Below, piece after piece: positions 23,441 through 38,091 of a DNA stretch of 64,000 nucleotides. The stretch's first letter is position 1, and each line of letters starts with the position of its first letter. The notes beneath the pieces were generated by a model. The model worked only from the letters and a program-made list of their open reading frames with translations, did no database searches and was not told the origin of the DNA. This stretch comes from Octopus bimaculoides (Eukaryota), in assembly GCF_001194135.2 (NCBI RefSeq), contig NC_068981.1, positions 172,037,162 through 172,101,161 on the forward strand. The letters run 5' to 3'. Made by a program: the position numbers and the translations under genes.

Positions 23441-25368
23441 AGTCTTGAAAGTCAAACTATTGTTTGTTTATAATTGTGGTATTCTAAGAAAGACACTTCC
23501 AAGTCTAGTTTTCCTCTGGTAAGGGAAGGTAACGGATAAAAACCAGAGTTACGCAAGATTAGTTTACTGAACATTTTTACCGTGAACATTTTTACTGTGT
23601 TGTGAAACACTATTGCTGGAAGAATAATTTCGAGACCAACCAAGGCGCTTCAGCTTTTGAACAATGCTCTAGATTTAGATCATCCTTCAATTCTCGATTC
23701 ACCTGTTGAAGCCCTTTTTATTCCAACCAATACAACCTAACTATAACAGACCTGTGTGTCTATCTTCAAAGCATATAATCCTAGAACTTTAAGTTAATTG
23801 ATTACAGCTATTGATAATAAACATGAGTCCGTTAAAGAATTCCGAGAAAAATTGCATTATGCACGCAATAAAAACATTAAAAAGATGCTTAGGATATTTG
23901 TATTGATATATGTATGTTAAACCTATTGATATATGTATGTTAAACATCCATATATCAATAGCTTTAGGGGAAATAATCGTTCAAATTTAGTTAATGTCGA
24001 CCATAGGATAGTGGAAATCTTCTTAATCAGCAATAGCTCTGTACAAACGGCATAGGAAGATGTATTTGTAGAAATTTTATACAGGTGATAATCATGATTT
24101 ATTGCATGCTGATATCCAGCCTCTCGCCTATGAAACCTGTTGGAAGTCGGCAGAACTGCAAATGTCCTATTCGGAAGAGAAAAAGAGACTGCTCCACAAT
24201 CAGTTTTAAAAATAAAAGTCTTATCAGAACATGCTAATGAAATTCTCGTGCTTTGCAGCTATTTTCAGAATACTATCCAAATTCTGAACGAAGCATAAAA
24301 ATTATCTGTAAATGTAGTACTGAATTGTTATGAGGAAGAATATATATAAGCGTTTAAGGTTCGTAAAAGAAAGGTAATGGTAATGATGCCATATTCTATA
24401 AAAGAAATAGAGATATGTATAAAAAGTGAAGATTAAAAACCCTAAATGATTATTCATTTTTATTGTCTTGTATTTTTTACTTACTTCATGTTCCCAAAGA
24501 ATGTGTGTATGTGTATTTTTCTACATAAAGTGCGTATATTTTTTATTGAATTATATATGATTTCCTTCAAAGGATATTTCATATATGTAGAAGTATTGTG
24601 CCAATTGTATTTTAAATAAGCATATATTTCTTTCGATAATTTATACATACACATATACACACACATACGTGGCAGCATTGCGACGTACTGTGATGTGGTT
24701 TCGTCATTTGCACATGTAATATACATTGTTTTTTTTTTTCTGGGCATCATTCAGAGAATACCACAAGTGCATTTCTTCACGATATAAGTATGCGTTGGTG
24801 CTGAGTCGTATGTGTACATGCGTAAATTAAATAGCATGATCGAAATGAAGTATATCTACAGTTGTAAAAAAATGTTATGGTTGTGTACAGCTGTGGAGTA
24901 TCCAGTAATGCATAGATATGCGGGAGAAAAAAGTTAATTTCGGAAGTGTAAAGTTCACACACGTGTATACACTTGACAGTTGAATACAAGAGAAAAAAGT
25001 GAGGTGATCCATATTTTCTTCTTTTTCTTTGTGGTGGGTTCAACCAAGGTGACAGAAATTATTGAAGAAAATACCGAAGAATTATGGTATGTATGTATAT
25101 ATGTAGGTGCGTAGGTAGGTAGGTAGGTAGGTAGGTATGGTGGTACAACCTGTTATATGCTCGAGCTCTCAGCAGGTAAACCGACAACCGTATCAAGCCG
25201 GAAGGAAGAAAAACAGCCTGTCAGCTTTCCCCTCATTGCGAAGCCGGAGATCTTGTTTATGGACTACTTGGTTTTGTATATGGAGCTTAAGCAATGTTGT
25301 GGAAGTTGTGATTGACATTAAATTTCAGTGCAAGCATTGCAAATACACATTGTCTTTAACGTCTAGGA

Positions 25369-25673
25369 CAGTGTTTCTTAACCTTTTTCCCCCAGGCCCC
25401 AATATAACTTCCTAGAAAAATGTATTCCCTACTGGTGGTTGGAAAAAAAATTATTTTTAATACTTTATCACAATTATTTAATATAAAAGAATCTACAGAT
25501 AACTCTTTTATTAAGTACTGAATACAAAAAAAGTACATTATTGTCTAAGGTAAAAAAAAAAAGTGATGAGAACTTTAATGAGAACTTTGTACCTGGCGAC
25601 TACGGTACCACGCCCGTCCACAATTTTCCCAGGCACCGCTGGTGGGACGTATGCCCCACGTTGGGAATCACTG
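25369..25673. mobile_element. hAT (Charlie-type) MITE, 305 bp
   Basis: TIRs CAGTGTTTCTTAAC / GTTGGGAATCACTG. 8-bp TSD GTCTAGGA (25361-25368) vs ATCTAGGA (25674-25681), close to the Charlie NTCTAGAN target. Confidence 0.88.
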
Positions 25674-26758
25674 ATCTAGGAAAAATTGTGAGTGATGGCC
25701 ATACTCACGTGCGAGTTGCATCCACCCTGTATGTACGTCGAGAGGTGATGTAGGTGTGTGTTATAGAAATAAATTTGCAGTTTTTAGAACAGATAATAAT
25801 GAAAAATTGCGTATGAAGCGATGGTGTGTGTCATGCGCGTGAGTATGTGATGCAAAGTATGTGTGTATGGAGTGTGTATATGTATGCTACATCTTTATGT
25901 ATGAGTGTGTTTATATTGTGTATGTGAAGTGTGTTATGCCTGGATAACACATGTGCGTATATTATGAGGCCTGTTAGGCTAGGATTATATCTGTGGTTAT
26001 ATTTCTTTTGTTATACACGTATCAATGTTGGGGAAAGGACTTAGGTCTGCTGTGTAAGTGTAGGTTAAGTAAATTAAGGATGGAAATTTAAGCCGTATAG
26101 GTGAAAGTTTGCAAAAGAAGGATGGTCTATTATTTTCTCTTGAAACGAGGGGTGGAAGGAATGTTGTTCAGGGTCAAGCCAAAAACCGAGAGAAAGTAAT
26201 GGTTGGGGTGGTCGGCAGATTGAGTAAAAAAATTTTCGAAGGTGCGTTGTGTATGATGTATATGTGTGTGTAGGTATGTATGTGTGTATGTGTGTTCAAA
26301 TCTAAAAACAAACAAGCGAGATAATTCACTATGTTAGTAGATTCAAAGTTTTGGAAAATTAAGACAAAGCAATTAGAAGACTTCGTCAAACACAAGTGTG
26401 TATGCCTATCTATCAACCAATATATATATNNNNNNNNNNNNNNNNNNNNNNNNNNNNNNNNNNNNNNNNNNNNNNNNNNNNNNNNNNNNNNNNNNNNNNN
26501 NNNNNNNNNNNNNNNNNNNNNNNNNNNNNNNNNNNNNNNNNNNNNNNNNNNNNNNNNNNNNNNNNNNNNNNNNNNNNNNNNNNNNNNNNNNNNNNNNNNN
26601 NNNNNNNNNNNNNNNNNNCATATTTATATTATTATTTATAAAATAGTTTTATGTAATGATATGAGAAGGAAAACCCAGCAACTTAAAGCTCATACCACGG
26701 CACAGAAACAGTTGTTGTATTTTACAATTAAAGCCTGTTTTTCCATTTTCTTGTAAAA

Positions 26759-26794
<36 letters not shown>

Positions 26795-26831
26795 CATAAG
26801 AATATACATACATATGCATACAGACGTATAT

Positions 26832-26866
<35 letters not shown>

Positions 26867-26954
26867 AATATATATATATACACTCACGCACGCACACACA
26901 TACACAAATACACACACACACAAACACACACACACATACACAGATATTTAATGG

Positions 26955-27003
<49 letters not shown>

Positions 27004-28213
27004 TGTGCTGATAATCTGCGAGAATATTCATCCGTCTGCAGCTTACAACATTCCAGACAGACAAATACTTACCTTTGTGTGTGTTTTTTTAAATATATAT
27101 ACCTGCATGTACAACATTCACGCATATGTGTGCGTCAATGTGTATGCGTTTGTGTACGTGTGCATGTGTGTGTGTATGTGTGTGTGTGCTGTGGGTGTGT
27201 TGTGGGTGTGTGTGTATGTGTGCTTGTATACGTGTGTAGCGCGTGTCTATATATTTCGTAACGTGAGAAGGAAGTCCTTCTTAATCAGATTGCATTGATG
27301 AAAATCTTTCAGACACAATGTGGATTCTGTTGTAAGAAAGAATAGCATTGAATAGCTGCAGGGGATCCATCACTATATTAAGTAAGATAAAAGAGGATTG
27401 CATCATTACACCAATTCTTTCTGATGCAGCTGCCAAATAAATGGATTTCTTAAAAGAATTCTTTTCTTTTTTTTTCCTTTTTCTTTATTAAAAGCGAAAT
27501 GGATTTAATTATATATCTTTTGGGGGCACATACGTGTATGTATATATGTATATATGAATGTATGTATGTTATGTATATATATATATATATATACATAGAT
27601 ATGTATGTATGTTATGTATGTATAAATGTGCATGTATACATGCATATGTATATACATATGAAAACATATACATATATAAATGTATGTANNNNNNNNNNNN
27701 NNNNNNNNNNNNNNNNNNNNNNNNNATATATATATATATATATACATATATGCATGCAAGCATGTATGTATGTATGTACGTCCGTCCATATGTATGTATG
27801 CATGTATGTATGTGTGTGTGCTTATCAAGACAGGTGGCAACCTGCATTAATAGAAGACATACTTAAATGTAGACGTTCTTTTACGCAAATGCATACAAAT
27901 ATACATTCTTCGATTTACTTTATCTGTTTTTATTTATTCTTAGTTATTCTTATCTACTCTTCTAATGTCTGTATACCTCTTCACTGTTTACTGTTTGTTG
28001 AATCTTTCTCTCTCTCTCCCCCCTCTATATCTCTCTCTATCTCTCTCTCTGTTTTTCTCTATTTTCTCTCTTTCTCTCTTTTTATTCATCTGTCCCTTTG
28101 TCTATTTATTTATCTATATCAGAGTACCTATATTCCTGGTAGCCTTGCAACCTTGCAATCATATGTCATTGAAATATATCAACAAACACGTCACTTTCTG
28201 TCTCTCACGCGAG

Positions 28214-28214
<1 letters not shown>

Positions 28215-28253
<39 letters not shown>

Positions 28254-28257
28254 AAAG

Positions 28258-28323
<66 letters not shown>

Positions 28324-28342
28324 GTGAGAGAGAGAGAGAGAG

Positions 28343-28420
<78 letters not shown>
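28215..28420. repeat. Compound microsatellite (GATA)n-(GA)n-(GAAA)n
   Basis: Direct reading. Confidence 0.95.
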
Positions 28421-28851
28421 GATCGGAGTGAGAGAGAAAGAGAAACAAGCATATATATTCACTCATTACCGACGCTTCAAGCATAGAGGCCTACACGTTT
28501 GCTACTCTGAACTACCACACTCTACAACTACCCATACTTATCAGTATTCGCGATAGATACATTGATAGACCAAACATCTTTGATCGCTTTCTTCAAAATC
28601 AAACCTTCACCACAGCATCTCTATTTCTATACCTACTGGATTAACTAATTGCGGCTTGATCAGACAAAAATCCCACAGAACACATTCCTATCGTGGTGTA
28701 ATATACTATACCCGAACCTTTATATATATATATATCTACATACACACTCACACACATGAATGTGTTTGCGTTTGTGTGTGTGTTTGTGTGTGTGTGTGTG
28801 TATGTGTGTGTGTGTGTGTATGTGTGTGTGTGNNNNNNNNNNTGTGTGTGT

Positions 28852-28892
<41 letters not shown>

Positions 28893-29216
28893 CGTGCGTG
28901 TTAGTGTGCGTGTGTGTGTGTGTGTGTGCGGATATCTTTGTATTATATTTAATGTATATATAGTTGAAAAACAAGTTAGTGCCGTATTCGTTCCAGAAGT
29001 AAAATACATCTATAGTGTTTAAAAACACAATAATATCTGAGTGATACGAAGACCACTCTCAGAAGCAACTAACGAGAACGCGCTGAATGCATTTCGGCCT
29101 TGTTCAAGCTTATGATTGGCGTGAACTCACACTCAGTCACAGTCATATATATATCCGAGTTTGTATGACTGTGTATAGAATATAGCTGGAATTTCATCGT
29201 ACAACCTGTTGTTTAC

Positions 29217-29260
<44 letters not shown>

Positions 29261-29342
29261 TATATANNNNNNNNNNNNNNNNNNNNNNNNNNNNNNNNNN
29301 NNNNNNNNNNNNNNNNNNNNNNNNNNNNNNNNNNNNNNNNNN

Positions 29343-29386
<44 letters not shown>

Positions 29387-29389
29387 AGA

Positions 29390-30280
29390 TTTCCTTCTGT
29401 GCAAGAGGAACAAAGACAACAGGGCTACTACATCAGCGAATAACAGCAACAGAAAGCCTCAAGAAAACAAAAAATAACATTGGAACAAGGCCAAACCCAC
29501 TCCTAAGACATATCGCTTCCAGCCTCGAACCACTCAGACATGTCATGTGACAAATGCGAAAATGGGATAAACTAAATGGTAAAAAGTGTCCAAGAAGAGA
29601 AAATATGCTAACGGGGAAAAAAGTTGGAAGATTCGAATTAAGCAGGAGTTTCTTTTGAGCAATGATTCACCAAACCACCTCCAAGAGCAGTAATACTATC
29701 AACACCCTCAGCACGACCACAACCAACACCTCCATCATTAACACAGATACTACCCACAATACAAACTCAACTACAACCTACCTCATATACACACCAATGA
29801 CCAGAAAACACCGCCTACTATGCGGACAAAATGCCTTATCTACAAGCCTATACCAGGGCCGTAGCTTGCAAGATGAAACCGGCAAAACAGCAAGAGTTTT
29901 AACACTAGAAGCAAAAAAAATGAATGAATCATATACATCAACATGCTAATATCATGCACAATATCTACACCCCAACAACAAATAGTATACTGACATACAT
30001 AAAAATCATCACAGCACAAATCACATTTAAAGAAACAAATACTCCGACAGACTAGGCTATTTACGAGGGTATTCAAGAAGTATCGACTAGTTGAACAGAC
30101 GGAACACCTTCCCTTCCACAGGAACATGAGAAATGTCCTTCTTGCCTTCTTCCTTTTACTTAACCTTACTAGATAGAATAGCCGATGTGAACGGATGTGG
30201 CATGTAGTCACCGCAGAAACAAAACTCAAGAACTGCAGAATTTCCAAGGCTCGAGCTTTACGCCTACTTTCAGTCACTGT
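29390..30280 (+). mobile_element. Highly decayed Penelope-like element (GIY-YIG region remnant)
   Basis: LCGQNALSTSLYQGRSLQDETGK resembles the CPLxGxCL...IYQAxV...TGxxK(Y)IG start of PLE GIY-YIG endonucleases; many disablements. Confidence 0.4.
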
Positions 30281-30329
30281 GAGGTGTACAACTTAGAGTC
30301 AAGTAGGATGAGAAGGTGAAGTCACTGCG

Positions 30330-31860
30330 TTGTTTCATAAAGGTCTAGATCTCAGTATATAGACCATTTTCATGGACCCAGTAGGTAAGTTTTGCTAAAC
30401 GTAACTTGCAACGAAGGCCATGCCTTCAGGTTAGTAACCTCTACGCATAAAAAACGAGCGGTGCAGCTAGATTTCTCCAGACGTCTAATAATCTTCTTAG
30501 GAACGTCCAGCTTTCTAGTGATAGTAGATAATTGTAAAGCCATTTTGGATGTACGGATGGACTGTATATGGATATTTGGTAAAAGAGCGAGTGCAAAAGC
30601 TACAGAAACCTCTCATACATTTCTGTCTGACAGATACCAACCTGATTTCCCGAATATAGAGACGTTTAGGAAAGGCATTACAACCGACGCATTCGCAGTG
30701 TGATTGGTCCTCGTCCAATTCTTCAACACGAAGTACAGAGACTACGTTGGCAAAGCTATGGCGTGTGCACTAAGGTGTTAACAGTACCCGAGGGGTAGAG
30801 GAGCAAATTAATAACAAAGCTACAATTCGGTCTTTGATGATCCATGAAGAGAAAATGCTACTTAATTCCAAGATGTGAGCAGCTTTTCAACGGAATTTTA
30901 TCGTCTGTTCGGGTCGAGTGGTGGGCCAAATCACAAAATGGACTTCAATGCCTTTATCGATTTCAATGCCTACTTGGCGGCTACCCCTCATGACAGTCGA
31001 TTTTGGCCCCGTTTTCAGGGGCTGGATTGCCTCAAAATACAACGACATCTGTTCAATGGCTAGGGTGACTGGCATCCTATTAGTGCCGTTTAGAATCATG
31101 CGCTTGGTTCGTCAAGGCTGTCCTTTCTCGCCTCTTTTGCATATACTAACTATAGAGACACTACTGCAAAAATTGAAGACGTTAAGGAGCATCCTTCGTG
31201 AACCGAATTAGAATGCGGAAGATATGTTGCATATATAGACAACGTTACTATAATTGTGTCGGACACCAAGTACATCGATATGATCGCTTTGCGCTCTGAT
31301 TGCGACATCGTCAGCGATTCTTTGACGGTATAAACAACTGTGGTCGCTGTTTTTTTATTTTTATAGCTCACCCTTAGATAAAACTGCAGTGCAGGACCAA
31401 GAGAAAGAGACTGGCTAGCGTCTGGATTATCGTCAAATACACACAGCTTCCTGCTAGTCAAGCAATACGGTTGGACAAACTGCCAAGCTGGCGTACTGTA
31501 AAGGATTAGTGATAGTCAAATTCAACGATATTCAGAAAACCTCTGGGCATCGAAGAATATCAACTAGCTGATCTTCGGGTCACGATCCGTTGAAAATTTC
31601 CAGAAAATCCCTAGTTTAGTATTGTTGTCGAGAAGTATTGCCGGTTCGAGATAAATTCTAATGACACCAAAGTGTCATCGACTGAACCTGACCAATATGA
31701 ACGCAGGGCAACGAAATCCTTCTGAACACACACGTCCAGTGCACGTAAACATAAAGCTTTTGTTTAAACTGCATTTTAGCCCAGAAGAAGAAGACCTTTT
31801 ATCAAAATCATTACTGTCAGGACACTTCCATCTTGTTTTGTTTTTCGCTCATAGTGTATG
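30330..31860 (+). mobile_element. Tx1/L1-clade LINE ORF2 remnant with internal deletions
   Basis: Endonuclease-like FLGTSSFLVIVDNCKAILDVRMDC; RT FGPVFRGWIASKYNDICS...VRQGCPFSPLLHIL and YIDNVTIIV; C-terminal KSLV*YCCREVLPVRDK. Confidence 0.8.
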
Positions 31861-33407
31861 AGGGACTATAATAGCCAACGTGTTCTTCCCTTTTAACAGA
31901 TAGTAAGATTTGAATTGAGGGAGTTTTGACTGCTAACTTTAGCAAATCGAACAACCACTAGAGACATTCTAGTTGACACGTTTCAACGCGATTTCAATCT
32001 TCGGTAGCAGCCACTTCACTTATACTACTAATGCTCTTGAGAAAGTTATGAATGGGCATTTCAATTAACCAGTCGCAGCCCGCTTAAACATTGAGCCTTT
32101 GTGCAAAATCGAAAGAAGATAAATATCTGTTGTCATTTGTAATCTACTAATTACAAATAGCAATCAACTAATTACAATTGCAGTATCAGACACTACTGTA
32201 GAGTGATTTTCCATGCTTTATTGCCATAATAGAAATCTTTTACTCAATAACTGTCATTATATGACAGTAATAACAATTTGTGTATTTTCTGTTTTAGTGT
32301 CATTCGTTAATTGATGACCACTGAGCATCGCTTAAGATTTCCTTTTGATCAAACCAGCCTTTCTAGAGATGGTCTGAACTGGCAGACAGCATAATACTGA
32401 CGGAAATACAACACTAACATGTATTTGTATGTTATGGTATTATGTTATGTTATTGAAAGAAGTTTGAAATTTTTCCATAGAAAAAAATGCTAAAATGTTT
32501 TTCTTTTTTTTTTTAATTTCAATAATATAAAATTTGGTTTCTGTATTTTCATTGTAATCTTATAGTCGCTTATTCTGTACAAATCATCTCTAAGTTGAAT
32601 TAAAATAATGTAACGTAAGTCTTTGATAAGCGACCTAATCGGAAAGGTTACCAGCTGTGTACAAGCGATAAATACATTAATGAATAGATACATAAATAAA
32701 TGAATAAATAAATAAAATATATGAATAATAAATAGATAATAAATACGTAAATAATAAATAGTTAATAAACATATAAACAATAATTAGATAATAACAGTAT
32801 TATTAATCAAGTAAATAAATAAACGATGTTATGCATGTGGCTTTTTATCTTGGAAAAGCCTTCGCAGATGATACACGAGTGTGCTATAATTGATGTACAG
32901 TGTATAACATGGCCGATCATAAGGTTGTTACAGTGGCAACGCTCAGGTCGAAGATTAAATGAAAAATAAAAACTTATAGCAGCTAGTTCGGCACTCATTC
33001 TCCTGTATATGCTTAGCCTCTCTGTAGAAGGAATGTATTTAAGATTGAAGGAGCATATGCAATGTGAATTTCACTCTCTCACTTTAACTCTATCTGTTGC
33101 GAGGATGGTGAATATAGTTTTCTTGTTCTTCTTTAGTTGGTGCGGAGTTTTATGAGTTCCAACTATAACACCGCTTCTTCTTGTACTGCCTCTTGCGTTG
33201 TTTTTTTTTTTTTTTTACGTTGCATTTTGATGCTTCTTTTTGTATACTTAACGTTATGCTTCGATATGTCTTTGAACTATTTGAGAATGTTTAACACTAA
33301 ATGTAACTCACTGGAGACAGATCATCAGGAATGTAATAAGGAATTTATTCAGGTGATTATTAAGATATTTAACATATCTGGGATTTTATAAAATGTTTTC
33401 GCTCGAA

Positions 33408-33510
33408 ATTATGAAAGGTAAAGTCTAAGTCGGCGAAATTTGATCACAAAACGTAAAGACAGACGAAATGTCGCTAAACATTTTGCTCGGCGTATTCTGT
33501 CAGCTCACTG
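33408..33510 (-). mobile_element. SINE family A 5' fragment
   Basis: Reverse complement GAGCTGACAGAATACGCCGAGCAAAATGTTTAGCGACATTTCGTCTGTCTTTACG. Confidence 0.65.
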
Positions 33511-33651
33511 CTTCAATATGATATAAAAATTGATGGCAGGATTATCAGCACAACAAAGTTTTGAATGGATCAGAACAAGTATATTTCCCTGATGTTAATT
33601 ATAACCGGTAGGTCTCTGGCTGAAGACAATAACAACATTATAATCGCTTGG

Positions 33652-34036
33652 TGGGTGGAGGCGCAATGGCCCAGTGGTTAGGGCAGCGGACTTGCGGTCA
33701 TAGGATCGCGGTTTCGATTCCCAGGCCGGGCGTTGTGAGTGTTTATTGAGCGAAAACACCTAAAGCTCCACGAGGTTCCAGCAGGGTATGGTGGCGAACC
33801 CTGCTGTACTCTTTCACCACAACTTTCTCTCACTCTTACTTCCAGTTTCTGTTGTACCTGTAATTCAAAGGGTCAGCCTTGTCACACTGTGTCATGCTGA
33901 ATATCCCCGGGAACTACGTTAAGGGTGCATGTGTCTGTGGAGTGCTCAGCTACTTGCACGTTAATTTCACGAGCAGGCTGTTCCGTTGATCGGATCAACT
34001 GGAACCCTCAACGTCGTAAGCGACGGAGTGCCAGCC
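33652..34036 (+). mobile_element. tRNA-derived SINE family B with TSD
   Basis: A-box TGGCCCAGTGG and B-box GGTTTCGATTCCC; 10-bp TSD AATCGCTTGG at 33642-33651 and 34037-34046. Confidence 0.92.
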
Positions 34037-34455
34037 AATCGCTTGGAGTAGAGATTCTTACATTGACAAGCCGCAAGTTTCTCTCCCAAAAAACAGTGAA
34101 ATTTTTGCCTCACCCCTCCTCTTTATTAATGACAAGTCAAAGAGCTGCATCCAAATGATTTTCTTGTGTTTCAGGCGATGGAAGAAGTTTAAAAAGTTTT
34201 AAACCATCTTAGTTTTACTAAACATAGCAATTTGTCTGCGCCGTCCTCACAGGCTCCTCTGCGAAAAACAATGGCCTACGTCAGGTGGACGAAAGAGAGA
34301 GACACAGTTAAATTGTATCACATTGTAGATTACAGGAATTCTTACAAGAAAAATAAGCACTACCTGAAGTTCTTACTATATTTATGGGATCTTCTAAAGT
34401 ATTCCGTTGAATGTTTACCTGTCAAACATTGTAGAGAACTAATATTTGTGGAGTT

Positions 34456-34658
34456 TAAGACGGCGACCTGGCAGAAACGTTAGCCCGCCGGGCGAAATGC
34501 TTAGCGGTATTTCGTCTGTCTTTACATTCTGATTTTAAATTCCGCCGAGATCGACTTTGCCTTTCATCCTTTCGGGGTCGATAAATTAAGTAATGGGATT
34601 GATCTAATCGACTTCCCCCTCCCCCCAAATTTCGGGCCTTATGTCTAGAGTAGAAAAG
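34456..34658 (+). mobile_element. SINE family A with TSD
   Basis: Full head, body and tail type 2; 15-bp TSD AATATTTGTGGAGTT at 34441-34455 and 34659-34673. Confidence 0.92.
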
Positions 34659-35038
34659 AATATTTGTGGAGTTGAAAATCCTACTATTGTACCCATGCAT
34701 ATAATTGTTATGTTCATGCATCGATCAAAATTGTTAGCAGCATTTATTATTTTATTTTATGAAACCAACGAGCTCGCAGTGATAAGAAACTCTCAAGGGA
34801 GCTGAACAGCAGAAGGTCTTCAATGAAGAAACCCACCTCAAGCAAGCGTTCGGCCTTTACCTACTTATACTGTTAAGGTGCTGGGTTCACAATTCCTGGA
34901 TGCCCTTCCGCTGACACTTTAGGCCACTTCGATATCGGAGACTTGTGCACTTAAACCGCCTGGAGATTTCATCAAGTTGTAACCCCTCTCCATTCACTCA
35001 GTTTTCAAGTTTATACTCAATAAGGTAACAAGCTTATA

Positions 35039-35230
35039 GAATCATTAGCACGCCGGACAAAATGCTTAGCGGCATTCGGTCCGTCTTTACGTTCTCAGTT
35101 TAAATGCTGTCGAGGCTGACTTTACCTTTCATCCTTTCGGTGTCGATAAAATAAGTACTAGCCGCACACTGATGTCGATGTAATCGACTAGCCCTCTTCT
35201 CTAAAATTTCAGGCCTTGTGTCTATAATAC
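35039..35230 (+). mobile_element. SINE family A, diverged
   Basis: TTAGCACGCCGGACAAAATGCTTAGCGGC...CCTTTCATCCTTTCGGTGTCGATAAAATAAGTAC...AAAATTTCAGGCCTTGTG. Confidence 0.8.
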
Positions 35231-35720
35231 TTATATATACCCAGTCCTATTCCCTGCTTTATTTTTAGGAGGAGGTAGGCACAGCAAAACACACACCAGG
35301 CATTCCATTCATTTCCCAGATCAATGCTCGGATCAAAGCATAGAACGCAACCCCCAATATCAGCTGCGGGGCCCGACAGCGTATGCTGGTTTGCTGCCGC
35401 CGCATGATGCTGGTTCTGTACCCCTTCGAGCAACATCAAAACTCACTCATCTGCCCACAAACACTCTGAGGGCTATGGTTGGTGTGACACGGATGGATAA
35501 CCAGTGCTTCTTTATCTTCGTCTCATTTATATTTGAGCACTTCTTTTGCAGCCCCATAAACCCTTTTGTTTCTATTTGCATGAGAGACGGAGGTCTAGGC
35601 AGGTTTTTATAACGCTGCAATTAGTAAGTCGCATTTTAAGACTTTAAAAACTAATATTTATCTCTCACTGGATGGAGTACTTTCTTTGTTGATCTTAGCT
35701 TAACAGAACAGTGAACTCTT

Positions 35721-35769
<49 letters not shown>

Positions 35770-35995
35770 TGAGACTCCCTCCACTCATGACTGACCATGG
35801 AATTGAACCTAGAAAGTTACCCTTCCAGGCACAAGTCCGGGCAATATANNNNNNNNNNNNNNNNNNNNNNNNNNNNNNNNNNNNNNNNNNNNNNNNNNNN
35901 NNNNNNNNNNNNNNNNNNNNNNNNNNNNNNNNNNNNNNNNNNNNNNNNNNNNNNNNNNNNNNNNNNNNNNNNNNNNNNNNNNNNNNNNNNNNNNN

Positions 35996-36880
35996 ATATA
36001 ATAGAGATGTATGTGCATTTGCTTTTCACGCGAAAATGGCTTCACCAATTGCTTCCATACTTGTGATGCATGAATAATTTGACCTCAGACATATGTTAGG
36101 CTCTTCATTTGATTTTTTTTTTATTAAAAATAAAAAAATATTGCTTTTTATATTTCATTCACGCTTTTGAAAGTTTTTTTTAAATATTTACTTCCGGTTT
36201 TCTAGCATCAGTGATGTAACAACTACACATAAATAAAAGAACGTTTAAATTTCTATGAACTACGTTTTTTGTGATTCTTCAAAGGATTTCTGTTACTAAA
36301 GAGAACCGATATTACTTTCGGTTTTACCACAGTAAACGGCAAGTTATTGCTGGCTTATAAACGCGGAACATATCGCACTGACAGACAAATCTGTCTATGT
36401 ATCTATATCAATATATCTCTCCATCTATATTTCTCTATCTATATTTATCTATCTCTCTGTATCTATCTGTCTATATCTTGCCTGTCTATATCTATCTTAT
36501 TTGTCTCTCTAACTAGCTTGCTCTATCTATATATATATATCTCACTCACTTTCTATTGTTTTCACTTTAAGTTCAGTTGCTATTTACAAACAACAACGAT
36601 AAATTACTGACAGAAAAAAAGTTCACTATTACTGATGAAAGTAATTTCATAATTTACTGACAAAAGTAACTTCATAAATTTCACTTCCATCTATACACTT
36701 CGTTAAATTTGCCTACAAATTTCTTATTTACTCTTGCAACGTTTTTGCTTTTTTTTTTTTTTGACGGATTATTGTTAAAAGTAAGTTCATAATTTACTGA
36801 TAGAAGTAACTTCAAAAATTCACTTAAATCCGTACTCTTAGTTTATTTCCCTAAAAATTTCTTATTTACCTTTGCAACCT
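35996..36880 (+). mobile_element. Helitron-like 5' and internal segment with a repeat of about 100 bp at 140-bp period
   Basis: 5' ATATAATAGAGATGTATGTG...TCACGCGAAAATGGCTTCACCAATT resembles non-autonomous Helitron 5' ends. The unit AAAGTAA.TTCATAATTTACTGA...AAATTTCTTATTTAC occurs at about 36638 and 36778, and partially at about 38170-38240. Confidence 0.45.
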
Positions 36881-38091
36881 ACTAAATATCAGATGAATAA
36901 TTCTGTTGACAGGGAGCTGTGGATCACAGGTTTCTTCATGTCCCCTTATTGGTTACATATTTGGTGTGAGACTAGGCTGGCTCTTTAAATTAGTTGTACT
37001 TCATTTGGCAGGGCTCCACACAGTTTCTATTTAACCAATTTTACTCCCAATGCTTTGGCCACCTTACAGATTAACTACTAAGTCACTCACAGACGTCCTC
37101 CATCTTCTGAAGCCCAGACATTTTGTGTCCCCTCTCTTTCTGCCATTTCTACTGCTACTATATGACACCTGCTCCTTGCAGCTAACTGAGCTCACTTCAC
37201 CTCTCAAACGTTCCCATCCCACTTGCCTCTTCTCTTATTATCAACCCTCTAATGTCCACCCCACCCCACCCCCACCTGGGCAAAATACTTTACATTCTGA
37301 GTTCATATTCCACCTATGTTGACTTTGCCTTTCATCTTTTGAGGGTTGATAAAATAAACACCAGTTGAATGTGTAATCAGTTCAGTTGATCATACAACTG
37401 GAGTAGTCATCCTAGAAACAGATGAAGATCCATTTCCTTTAGTTTTCATTTACTTATACACATGAGCAAATGAGTCATGTGTGGTTGCTCAAATTGCTAG
37501 AAATAACAGCCATATCTCGAAGGGCACTAATGTTGTCCTACATCAATAAAAATACAGAATAGCTCATTCTAGCCTGACCTGGGTTTAAAAAGTTAAGACA
37601 ATTGACGAAAAATATCTACAATAAAATTCTAATTGATAAATATAAATTTTTATTAAAACAAAACACACGGGTGAAGTAAATTTCGTTGTGTCAAGAATCA
37701 ACAAAACACAACGTGCGGGTGAAGTGAAACACAACACAACGTGCAATTGTCATGATAACGAGCTGTTAATGCCTCGCTGTCTGTTGATTGGCTAAAATTG
37801 CCCAAATTTTCCCAACTTCAATTCCAAATAACATCAGATACTTTAATTTACGAGATAAAGTAATTGGTTGATCGTAATCAAAATTCAGAGTTGCATCGAT
37901 ACGCCAAAATTGAAAGCAATCTGAGCAAAATTAAAGGGGGCTGATTTTGTGAATCAATGTANNNNNNNNNNNNNNNNNNNNNNNNNNNNNNNNNNNNNNN
38001 NNNNNNNNNNNNNNNNNNNNNNNNNNNNNNNNNNNNNNNNNNNNNNNNNNNNNNNNNNNNNNNNNNNNNNNNNNNNNNNNNNNNNNNNNNN

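Noticed and set aside
33652-33730. tRNA-like sequence with A and B boxes (also 2298-2365)
   Set aside because: It continues into a conserved 300-bp body, has a second copy and a TSD, and shows no clean cloverleaf end; it is a SINE head, not a tRNA gene.
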